Shown here piece by piece: positions 17,698 to 24,855 of a stretch of DNA of 48,934 nt. The DNA comes from an uncultured Gammaproteobacteria bacterium. GTDB taxonomy: Bacteria > Patescibacteriota > Patescibacteriia > UBA9934 > GWF2-40-263. The DNA is taken from NCBI GenBank assembly GCA_964616135.1, contig CAZTTQ010000003.1, positions 1-48,934 on the forward strand, in the 5' to 3' direction. Below the pieces are notes generated by a model. It was not told the DNA's origin, searched no databases, and worked only from the letters and a program-made list of their open reading frames with translations. Positions within the stretch are counted from its first letter, which is position 1. Each line of letters starts with the position of its first letter. A program made the translations under genes and the position numbers.

Positions 17698-20433
17698 ATG
17701 GTGAAACTCTTCCAGTTCCTCTTCGGGGACCCCAACAAAAAGGCCGTGGATTCCTTGCGTGCCCAGGCCGCCAGGGTCACTTCGTTTGAGACGGGTATCC
17801 GCGCCCTGTCGGACGACGCGTTGCGTGGCAAAACGGCCGAATTCCGCGACCGCCTTTCCAAGGGCGAATCCCTGGACGCGTTGGCGCCGGAAGCCTTTGC
17901 CGTGGCCCGAGAAGCGGCCCGTCGCGTTTTGGGCCAGCGTCCGTATGACGTGCAGGTGATGGGCGGCATGGTGCTCCACCGCGGCGGCATCTCGGAAATG
18001 CGTACGGGTGAAGGCAAGACCCTTACCGCGGTCGCGCCGCTGTACGTGAACGCGTTGGCCGGCAAGGGGGCCCACCTCGTCACGGTTAACGACTACTTGG
18101 CCCGCCGCGACGGCGTCTGGATGGGCCGCGTCTTCCACGCGCTCGGACTTTCCACCGGCATCATCACGCATGACGGCGGCTTCGTGTATGACCCGGCGTT
18201 CAAGGTGGAACCGCTTCCGGCCGCAGGAGAAGGCGAACCGACTACGGATACGACCAGCGTGTTCAAGGTCCAGACGGAATTCATGCGCCCGGTTGGCCGC
18301 CAGGCCGCCTACGCCGCCGACATCACCTACGGTACCAACAATGAATTCGGCTTCGACTATCTCCGCGACAACATGGCCGGCAGTGCGGAGCAGCGCGTCA
18401 TGCGCGGCTTGGCCTACGCCATCGTGGACGAAGTCGACTCCATTTTGATCGACGAGGCCCGCACGCCGCTCATCATTTCCGCCCCGGCGGACCGTTCGGA
18501 CGACCTGTATCGTCGCATGGCTGGCGTCATGCCCGCCCTGCGTGAGAACGAACACTACAACGTGGATGAAAAAATGCGCGCCGCCACGTTCACCGCCGCC
18601 GGTATCGCCGCGGTGGAGAAAGCCTTGGGAGTGGAAAACCTCTACGCGGCCGGCTCCAACGTACAGTTCTACGCCGAAACCGCGTTGAAGGCCCATGCGC
18701 TCTACAAAAAGGATGTCCAGTACGTCGTCCGCGGCACGGAAGTCGTCATTGTCGACGAATTCACCGGCCGCCTCATGCCCGGCCGCCGGTTCTCGGAAGG
18801 CCTGCACCAGGCGCTGGAGGCAAAAGAAGGCGTGGAAATCCAGCGGGAGAGCCAGACCTTGGCCACCGTCACCTTCCAAAACTTCTTCCGCATGTACGGC
18901 AAGTTGTCCGGCATGACCGGCACCGCCGCCACGGAAGCGGAGGAATTCTCCAAGATCTACAAGCTGGAGGTCACTACCATTCCGACCAACATCGACCCGA
19001 AGCGCGTGGACTTGCCCGACCGTGTCTATAAGACGGAAAAGGGCAAGATCGCGGCGGTTATCGCGGACGTAAAAGAACGCCATGAAAAAGGCCAGCCGGT
19101 CCTGATCGGCACGGTCTCCATTGAAAAGAACGAGCAGTTGGCCAACGCCCTGCGCCTGGCCGGCATCCCGTTCGGCATGTTGAACGCCAAGAACCATGAA
19201 AGCGAAGGCGCCGTGATCGCCCAGGCCGGCCGCAAGGGCGCCGTCACGCTCGCGACCAACATGGCGGGCCGTGGCGTCGACATCATGCTCGGCGGCAACC
19301 CCAGTACCAAACAGGAACAGGACGAAGTGCGCGCGCTCGGCGGCCTGCACGTGCTCGGCACGGAGCGCCATGAAAGCCGTCGCATTGATAACCAGCTGCG
19401 CGGCCGCGCCGGCCGCCAGGGAGACCCGGGTTCCACCCAGTTCTTCGTCTCCATGGATGATGATCTGATGCGCGTCTTCGGCGGCGACCGTGCCAAGGCC
19501 ATGTTGGACCGCCTCGGCATCCCGGAAGACGTGCCGATTGAAAGCAAGATGGTGTCCCGTTCTTTGGAACAGGCCCAGCACCGCGTGGAAGGGAACAACT
19601 TCGACATCCGCAAGCACCTGTTGGAATACGACGACGTGCTGAACAAGCACCGCGGCTTGGTCTACGCCCGCCGCGCGGAAGTGCTGGAAGCCACGGGTGA
19701 AACGGACCTGAAGGACATGATCCTCGAACTGATCGAGGAAGAAGTGGAACAGGCCGTGTCGTTCCATACGGGAGAAATGCCCGCGGCGCCCGTCGCCGGT
19801 ACGCCGGACCGGGATGGCACGGAAATCCTCCAGGTGTTCGGCACGATCATTCCGATCAACCCGGAACGCCGCGCCGCGCTTCAGACGTTGGCCCAGGCGG
19901 CCGCCGCGGCCAAGCAAAAACCCGGCCTTGCCCAGGCCCGCACCGCCCTCATTGAAAAGATGATGGAATGCGTGCGCGCCGCCTACGCGGAATTGGAACA
20001 GCGCTATCCGGACCGGGGCCAGCTGCGTCTGGTCGAACGCGCCGTCCTGCTGCGCGCGACCGACGTCCTGTGGATCGACCACTTGGCCGCCATCGGCGCC
20101 CTGCGCGTCGGCATCGGGCTCCAAGGCTACGGCCAGCGTGACCCGCTCGTGGAGTACAAAAAGGAATCGTACGCCATGTTCCAGCGCCTGCTTGCCGGCA
20201 TCAACCAGGAAGTCGTCTACGGCTTCTTCGTCACGGCGCACCATAACGCGAACGCGCGCGCCCAACAGGCCGCCGCGCTCCAGTCGCCGATGGCCGCCGC
20301 GGAAAAGAAGGACGAAACCGCCCCGGCCCCCAAGGCCGCCGGCCCCGTCGACTTCTCCAAGGCGGATCGCAACGACCCGTGCCCTTGCGGTTCGGGCAAG
20401 AAGTATAAAAAATGCCATGGCGTGAATGCCTAA
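17698..20433 (+). CDS. secA: Preprotein translocase ATPase SecA
   Basis: Start at ATG 17698 (MVKLFQFLFGDPNKK). MRTGEGKTL, DEVDSILIDEARTPLIIS, TNMAGRGVDI, and the C-terminal zinc motif CPCGSGKKYKKCHG. Confidence 0.96.
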   Translation: MVKLFQFLFGDPNKKAVDSLRAQAARVTSFETGIRALSDDALRGKTAEFRDRLSKGESLDALAPEAFAVAREAARRVLGQRPYDVQVMGGMVLHRGGISEMRTGEGKTLTAVAPLYVNALAGKGAHLVTVNDYLARRDGVWMGRVFHALGLSTGIITHDGGFVYDPAFKVEPLPAAGEGEPTTDTTSVFKVQTEFMRPVGRQAAYAADITYGTNNEFGFDYLRDNMAGSAEQRVMRGLAYAIVDEVDSILIDEARTPLIISAPADRSDDLYRRMAGVMPALRENEHYNVDEKMRAATFTAAGIAAVEKALGVENLYAAGSNVQFYAETALKAHALYKKDVQYVVRGTEVVIVDEFTGRLMPGRRFSEGLHQALEAKEGVEIQRESQTLATVTFQNFFRMYGKLSGMTGTAATEAEEFSKIYKLEVTTIPTNIDPKRVDLPDRVYKTEKGKIAAVIADVKERHEKGQPVLIGTVSIEKNEQLANALRLAGIPFGMLNAKNHESEGAVIAQAGRKGAVTLATNMAGRGVDIMLGGNPSTKQEQDEVRALGGLHVLGTERHESRRIDNQLRGRAGRQGDPGSTQFFVSMDDDLMRVFGGDRAKAMLDRLGIPEDVPIESKMVSRSLEQAQHRVEGNNFDIRKHLLEYDDVLNKHRGLVYARRAEVLEATGETDLKDMILELIEEEVEQAVSFHTGEMPAAPVAGTPDRDGTEILQVFGTIIPINPERRAALQTLAQAAAAAKQKPGLAQARTALIEKMMECVRAAYAELEQRYPDRGQLRLVERAVLLRATDVLWIDHLAAIGALRVGIGLQGYGQRDPLVEYKKESYAMFQRLLAGINQEVVYGFFVTAHHNANARAQQAAALQSPMAAAEKKDETAPAPKAAGPVDFSKADRNDPCPCGSGKKYKKCHGVNA

Positions 20434-20438
20434 TCAAC

Positions 20439-20470
20439 TCGCCCGTCCGGGAAACCGGCGGGCGATTTGT
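20439..20470 (+). terminator. secA terminator hairpin
   Basis: TCGCCCGtCCGG-gaaa-CCGGcGGGCGA followed by TTTGT (weak U-tract). Confidence 0.5.
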
Positions 20471-20474
20471 CATG

Positions 20475-20503
20475 AAAAAACGCCGCCGGAGTTACCGGGG
20501 CGG
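20475..20503 (-). terminator. Terminator of the 20510 gene
   Basis: The minus strand reads CCGCCCCGG-taac-TCCGGCGGCG followed by T6. Confidence 0.6.
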
Positions 20504-20509
20504 AGAAGG

Positions 20510-21013
20510 TCAGTCGCTGCAGGTATTTGCTTGGAAGAGGCGCAGGAGGGGTTCGGCCCCGTAGTGCTTTTCCGCGATGGCGATCGCCTCATCGAGGGTA
20601 ATTTCGCCGATTGCGGAAGCGATGGCAAGTGAGACGGCTTCGTCCCAGGAATCAGACCAGGAGCCAGACGTGGCGATGTGGAAGTGCGGCGTCCTGACAC
20701 CACCGCCGCAGATCCCCAAGGACGCGTCGCGGGCATCCCAGGTGGTTGCGAGCTCCGGGCGTTCACGGAGAAGGTCGCATTTCTTCTGGGCGGAGAAGGC
20801 GTACTCTTCCCAACGGTGTGCTGGCACCAGCCCCATTGGGATTGGCAAGAGCAGGATCATCAGCGGATCGCGGTCCAGGAACCATCGCCGTACACAGACG
20901 ACAGCGCCGTTGCTTCCGTCACTGCGCGCATTGCGGGCGGCTCGTCGGACGGCCAGTTCCGCGGGTATCAGGAAGTTGCGCACGCAGGGGATGGGTTGGT
21001 CTTGGTGGGACAT
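20510..21013 (-). CDS. Hypothetical protein (167 aa)
   Basis: ATG 21013 lies 5 nt after GGAGA (MSHQDQPIPCVRNF...). The segment GICGGGV..HIATSGSWSDSWDEAVSLAIA faintly resembles GlcG/DUF336-type proteins, but I cannot support that call. Confidence 0.5.
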   Translation of the reverse strand: MSHQDQPIPCVRNFLIPAELAVRRAARNARSDGSNGAVVCVRRWFLDRDPLMILLLPIPMGLVPAHRWEEYAFSAQKKCDLLRERPELATTWDARDASLGICGGGVRTPHFHIATSGSWSDSWDEAVSLAIASAIGEITLDEAIAIAEKHYGAEPLLRLFQANTCSD

Positions 21014-21147
21014 GGTTTCTCCGACTGCGCGTGGCGCAGGCTCCGGCGGCGGGAGGCGCCGACGCGGACACGGGATACTCGCATAGCGTTTCGGGGGCGT
21101 CAAGGCGGCCTATGAACGAATACGTGCGGGCCTCGGATGGGAAAAGA

Positions 21148-21186
21148 CAAAAAACGCCGCCGGCTTCTTAGGGAGAAGCGGCGGCG
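21148..21186 (-). terminator. Terminator of the 21168 gene, stop codon in the loop
   Basis: CGCCGCCGGCTTC-TTAggga-GAAGCGGCGGCG preceded by A6 on the plus strand (a U-tract on the minus strand). Confidence 0.65.
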
Positions 21187-21380
21187 AGGCGGCGGGCGAG
21201 TTCGCCCATGAGGGCTGGGCGGTGCTTGCTCAGAAATCCCATCAGTTCGTGGATCTGATCCTCGGACTCGATCGTGAGGTCCAGCGCCAACGAACGCACA
21301 TACGTGTCGGGAATTTCTGGAGTGATGGCGGCGAGCTTGAGGGCCTCGAATGGGGACAAGGCGGCGTTGACGGCAGTCAT
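21168..21380 (-). CDS. Hypothetical small protein (70 aa)
   Basis: ATG 21380 lies 6 nt after AGGAGG (MTAVNAALSPFEALKLAAITPEIPD...). Has its own terminator. Confidence 0.5.
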   Translation of the reverse strand: MTAVNAALSPFEALKLAAITPEIPDTYVRSLALDLTIESEDQIHELMGFLSKHRPALMGELARRLAAASP

Positions 21381-21469
21381 GCGGTTCCTCCTGGAAACGT
21401 GCGGGCGGCGATCCTTATTCGATACTCGGGAGACATCCAATACGTTCGTCTTTTTTGGGGGGAATGTCA

Positions 21470-22054
21470 ATGCGGACGCGTTCGGACGGGACGTTCGTGT
21501 TAGAGTGGTCTCCTATGGATTACGAGCGCTTCAACCGCCACGCCGCCTTTGCCGCCCGCGCGCATACGGAACACGCCAAGCCGGGGGCAAAGCCTTACCG
21601 TCTCTTTAAAAGCGGGGAGAAGGTGCCGTATTACGGCCACACGTTGTGGTGCGCCATGATGTTGCTGATGGAAGCGCAATTGCCCGCCGCCATCCGTGAG
21701 CCGGGTGCCACGGCCTTGGTGCTGCATGACATTATCGAGGACACGGAGCTGCCGTTGCCGGAAGACGTGACGGCGGAAGAACGCGCGTTGGTGGAAGGCA
21801 TGACCTATCACGGCGGGTTTGACGAAGAAAAGACGGCGGTCTTGCAAAAGCCGCCTCTCATCAAACTGCTCAAGCTCTACGACAAGACGGCCAGCATGTA
21901 CGACGGTTGTTTGTCGCCGCGCCGGTACGCGGAATGGACCGCGTTTACCGAACGGTTGGCGGATGACGTCGAAAAAGAATACGGCGCGCTGAACGTCCTG
22001 CCCCTTGCCAGGGCGCTGATCGCCACGTATCGTGCCGCCCAGGAGGCCGCATGA
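21470..22054 (+). CDS. HD-domain phosphohydrolase, SpoT/Mesh1-like small hydrolase type
   Basis: H..(x)n..LHDIIEDT metal-binding signature (YYGHTLW...ALVLHDIIEDTELP). The start is uncertain: ATG 21470 follows a G6 tract, and ATG 21515 (MDYERF) is the alternative. Confidence 0.65.
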   Translation: MRTRSDGTFVLEWSPMDYERFNRHAAFAARAHTEHAKPGAKPYRLFKSGEKVPYYGHTLWCAMMLLMEAQLPAAIREPGATALVLHDIIEDTELPLPEDVTAEERALVEGMTYHGGFDEEKTAVLQKPPLIKLLKLYDKTASMYDGCLSPRRYAEWTAFTERLADDVEKEYGALNVLPLARALIATYRAAQEAA

Positions 22055-22503
22055 TCTTTGATGTTTTGCCGGAGGATTTCCACCGGAATCCAACGGTGGT
22101 CGTTGGGTGTTTCTTTCTGTTCGAAGGCACGATGCTGTTGCTCCACCGCCAGCCGCACAAACCGCAGGGCGGTACCTGGTGTCTGCCCGGCGGCAAGCTG
22201 GTCGGAGCCGAGGATGCAGTAACGGCGACCCGTCGCGAAGTGCGCGAGGAAACGGGTGTGGAACCGGAGGAGAATCGGCTGGAGTACCAAGGCCGGTTCT
22301 ACGTCCGGTATCCGCCGCGGGAGGACTTTGTCTACATCGTGCGGGCCTGTCGTTTCCGGTCGCGTCCCGCAATCGTGCTGGCGCCGGATGAGCACCAGGC
22401 CTTCCGGTGGGCTACTGTGCCAGAAGCCCTCGCAATGAATCTTATTCAGGACCAAGACGAAGTCATCCGCCGTCTCGCACACCGCCTCTTCGGCCCGACC
22501 TAA
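22051..22503 (+). CDS. NUDIX hydrolase
   Basis: ATGA overlap with the HD gene and AGGAGG 5 nt upstream. Nudix box GGKLVGAEDAVTATRREVREETGV. Confidence 0.85.
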   Translation: MIFDVLPEDFHRNPTVVVGCFFLFEGTMLLLHRQPHKPQGGTWCLPGGKLVGAEDAVTATRREVREETGVEPEENRLEYQGRFYVRYPPREDFVYIVRACRFRSRPAIVLAPDEHQAFRWATVPEALAMNLIQDQDEVIRRLAHRLFGPT

Positions 22504-22546
22504 TCCGTCGGCCGTTTTTTTTTTTGCGCAAAAAACACCGCCGGCC

Positions 22547-23095
22547 CTAGTCGGGTTCGGCGGCGAAGTGGCGGAGCAGGGAGACGAAGGCGGCGAGGGC
22601 CTTGGCGAATCCGTGCGGGTCCGCGTGGTCGTTGACGATCGTGTAGTCCGGTTTGGGCACGAGCTTCGCCCGTGCTTCGTCGGCGGCCACGCGGTCCGGA
22701 CTGCGGATGGCGTGGTTCAGCGCCTGGATGCGGACGTGGCGGATGCGGTAACGTCCGCCGTCCAGCAGCTGCTTCAGTCCCGGCTCGGTCAGACTCTTCA
22801 CGCCCACCTGGCCCGGGCCGACGCGGGTGAATTCCGCGTGGGGCGTGCCGTACAGGTGCGGATCCTTCGGGTTGTAGTCGTCGTGTTCGGCGAACCCGCC
22901 TCCGTCGACGTACGTCCTGAACTGTTCCCGGGTCATGAACAGGTAGCACTGGTCGCTCTCCGGGTCGCGCGGGCTCCGGGTGGTGCCGGAGCAGAGCTCG
23001 ACGATTTCCCCGGGATGCATCTGCCGGGCCTCCCGGATGAGCCGGGTTTTGCCGGCGCCGGAATGGCCGGTGACGATCACGAATGGGCGCCCCAT
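22547..23095 (-). CDS. Guanylate-kinase-family P-loop kinase (divergent)
   Basis: P-loop VTGHSGAGKT, then GTTRSPRDPESDQCYLFMTREQF..GGFAEH....LYGT, resembling the Gmk TTR-x-PR-x-GE-x-Y-x-F pattern. AAGGAGGT SD. Confidence 0.6.
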   Translation of the reverse strand: MGRPFVIVTGHSGAGKTRLIREARQMHPGEIVELCSGTTRSPRDPESDQCYLFMTREQFRTYVDGGGFAEHDDYNPKDPHLYGTPHAEFTRVGPGQVGVKSLTEPGLKQLLDGGRYRIRHVRIQALNHAIRSPDRVAADEARAKLVPKPDYTIVNDHADPHGFAKALAAFVSLLRHFAAEPD

Positions 23096-23131
23096 GGCGC
23101 ACCTCCTTATTCGGCCGTTGGCCGTGGGCGT

Positions 23132-23160
23132 TTTCTATCCGGTTCCGGCCGGATTGTCAA
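23132..23160 (-). promoter_or_regulatory. TTGACA-N17-TAGAAA promoter of the kinase gene
   Basis: The reverse complement reads TTGACA atccggccggaaccgga TAGAAA, about 35 nt upstream of ATG 23095. Confidence 0.45.
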
Positions 23161-23170
23161 TCGTGCTACC

Positions 23171-23461
23171 ATGTCGGAAATCTCATCCATTGTTATGGAA
23201 ACCCCCGCGCAAGCACCCCTCCGCGAACGGTTGCCCGTTCCTCAGCGCAATAAGCTGCAAATGGAATTGATTGAAGAATTCCGGATGGACCCGATGAAGT
23301 GGATTGAAAAATACGCGGCGAGTTTCGATGAAATCACCATGAATTCCAAAAAGCTGCGCGCGCTCGTGGTGCGTGATCCAGAAGCCGCCGTTGATATCGT
23401 TTATCGCCGCCTGATTGAGAAGACGCCGGCGGACATGCGCCGGTATCGCCGCGCTGCATAA
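23171..23461 (+). CDS. Hypothetical protein (96 aa)
   Basis: ATG 23171 (MSEISSIVMETPAQ...), helical, and abuts the DUF1294 gene (TAA-c-ATG). Confidence 0.45.
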   Translation: MSEISSIVMETPAQAPLRERLPVPQRNKLQMELIEEFRMDPMKWIEKYAASFDEITMNSKKLRALVVRDPEAAVDIVYRRLIEKTPADMRRYRRAA

Positions 23462-23462
23462 C

Positions 23463-23819
23463 ATGCGCCGTTCCCCCTTCGTCCCGTTCCTGTGTTTCTG
23501 GGCCGTCCTCGTGGCGGCCGTATTTTTCGCCGCTTGGAAATTTCTCCCGCCGTTCCCGGACCTGTGGCGCGCGGCCGTGGCTCTGAACGTGGCGACGTTT
23601 TTGTTGTACGGCACCGATAAAGTAGCGGCGATGGCTGGCGGAAGTCGTGTGCCGGAGCGGTTGTTATTCCTGACGGCGTTGTTCGGTTCGCCGGCCGGGG
23701 GACTCGCGGGAATGTTCGTCTTCCGCCATAAGGTGTCCAAAGTCCCATTTCTGTTCGTCTTTGCCGTCATCTTGTTGGCACAGGTTGCCTTGGTCGCGTG
23801 GTGGTTCGGTGAACGGTGA
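23463..23819 (+). CDS. DUF1294 membrane protein
   Basis: LLYGTDKVAAMAGGSRVPERLLFLTALFGSPAGGLAGMFVFRHKVSK matches the DUF1294 core (DK..A.....R.PE....GG..G...FRHK). Confidence 0.7.
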   Translation: MRRSPFVPFLCFWAVLVAAVFFAAWKFLPPFPDLWRAAVALNVATFLLYGTDKVAAMAGGSRVPERLLFLTALFGSPAGGLAGMFVFRHKVSKVPFLFVFAVILLAQVALVAWWFGER

Positions 23820-23882
23820 GCGGCGTGGACGTGAGGCCGAAATCGGCGTATAAATCCGCCAGCCCTTTGCCGTGAGGTTCCC

Positions 23883-24395
23883 ATGAGGCGCTATGACAAA
23901 CTGGTCCGTGACCACATTCCGGCGTTGATCCGAAAGAAAGGACAATCGTGTCGTTGCCACGCGGCGCCGCCGGAGGATTTGCCCCGGTACGCCCTGGCCA
24001 AACTGAAGGAGGAAATGGGCGAACTCATTGCCGCCTTAGACGAACCGTCCAAGGCGGAGGAGGAGATTGCCGACGTGATGGAGGTCATCACGTTGATCGT
24101 GCGGCTGGCGCGTCTCGACGAGGAAGATCTCTTGAGGCGCGTCCCCCTCGATTCCGCGGGCATGAAGGTCGATCCCGAACAGTACGTGACCTTGCTGTGG
24201 AACAGCGTCCAACCGTTCACGGAGGAGTTCGGGAGTCCGGAGACGCTGACCAGGCACCTGCGCGCGGTCATCGGCGCGGTGGACCTACTTTTCTTCCGCG
24301 GCGGCCTGAGCCCGATCGCTGTGTGCCTCCACATGAACAAAAAGCGTGAGGAGCGCGGCGGATTCGCGGAGGGCATAATCCTTGACGAGGCGTGA
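23883..24395 (+). CDS. MazG/PRA-PH-like nucleoside triphosphate pyrophosphohydrolase
   Basis: YDKLVRDHIPALI...KLKEEMGELIAAL...EEEIADVMEVI...KKREERGGFAEGIIL, with GAGG SD. Contains a ~60-aa insert relative to the minimal family members I recall. Confidence 0.6.
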   Translation: MRRYDKLVRDHIPALIRKKGQSCRCHAAPPEDLPRYALAKLKEEMGELIAALDEPSKAEEEIADVMEVITLIVRLARLDEEDLLRRVPLDSAGMKVDPEQYVTLLWNSVQPFTEEFGSPETLTRHLRAVIGAVDLLFFRGGLSPIAVCLHMNKKREERGGFAEGIILDEA

Positions 24396-24447
24396 AAAAC
24401 GGGGTACCGTTTTTACAGACCCGTTCCTGTCCCCAAAAGGAGACGAC

Positions 24448-24753
24448 ATGCCCCGCCGCCGCACGGAGCGCCCCGCGCTCGCCTTGCCCGATCACGTGCA
24501 TTGTACGACCCGCGCCAGATTCCTGGCCGTGAACAAAGACCGTCTCGGGGACCAGCTGGACCTCGAGGAGTGGGCCAACCCCCAAAGCAGGGCCCGTCGG
24601 CTCCGCGCCGTCCCGCCGCAGGCGGCGGCGTGCCCGGAGCCCGCGGCGCCCTCTCCGCCCGTCCGTACCCCGATCCGTACCACCCCGGTCCTCCGGGCCC
24701 GCCGCGGGCCCTGGCGCGACGTAGTCGCGCTGCGCGCGAGGAACGACGACTGA
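24448..24753 (+). CDS. Hypothetical Arg/Pro-rich protein (101 aa)
   Basis: ATG lies 6 nt after AAGGAG and is followed by a clean terminator. Low-complexity C-terminal half. Confidence 0.4.
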   Translation: MPRRRTERPALALPDHVHCTTRARFLAVNKDRLGDQLDLEEWANPQSRARRLRAVPPQAAACPEPAAPSPPVRTPIRTTPVLRARRGPWRDVVALRARNDD

Positions 24754-24781
24754 CCTGCCCCTCCGGGCAGGTTGTTTTTTC
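24754..24781 (+). terminator. Intrinsic terminator
   Basis: CCTGCCC-ctcc-GGGCAGG followed by TTGTTTTTT. Confidence 0.75.
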
Positions 24782-24855
24782 TTGCTTGCGTTTGGGCCCC
24801 CGTTCGGCTACGCTAGCCGCGTTCATTTTTGACCCTTTTCCTTCCGTTCCGGCTT

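Noticed and set aside
24383-24411. TTGACG-N17-TACCGT promoter-like match at the end of the MazG-like gene.
   Set aside because: The same bases form the hairpin AAAAACGG-ggta-CCGTTTTT, which more simply serves as the MazG-gene terminator. It may double as a promoter for the 24448 ORF, but I cannot separate the two roles.
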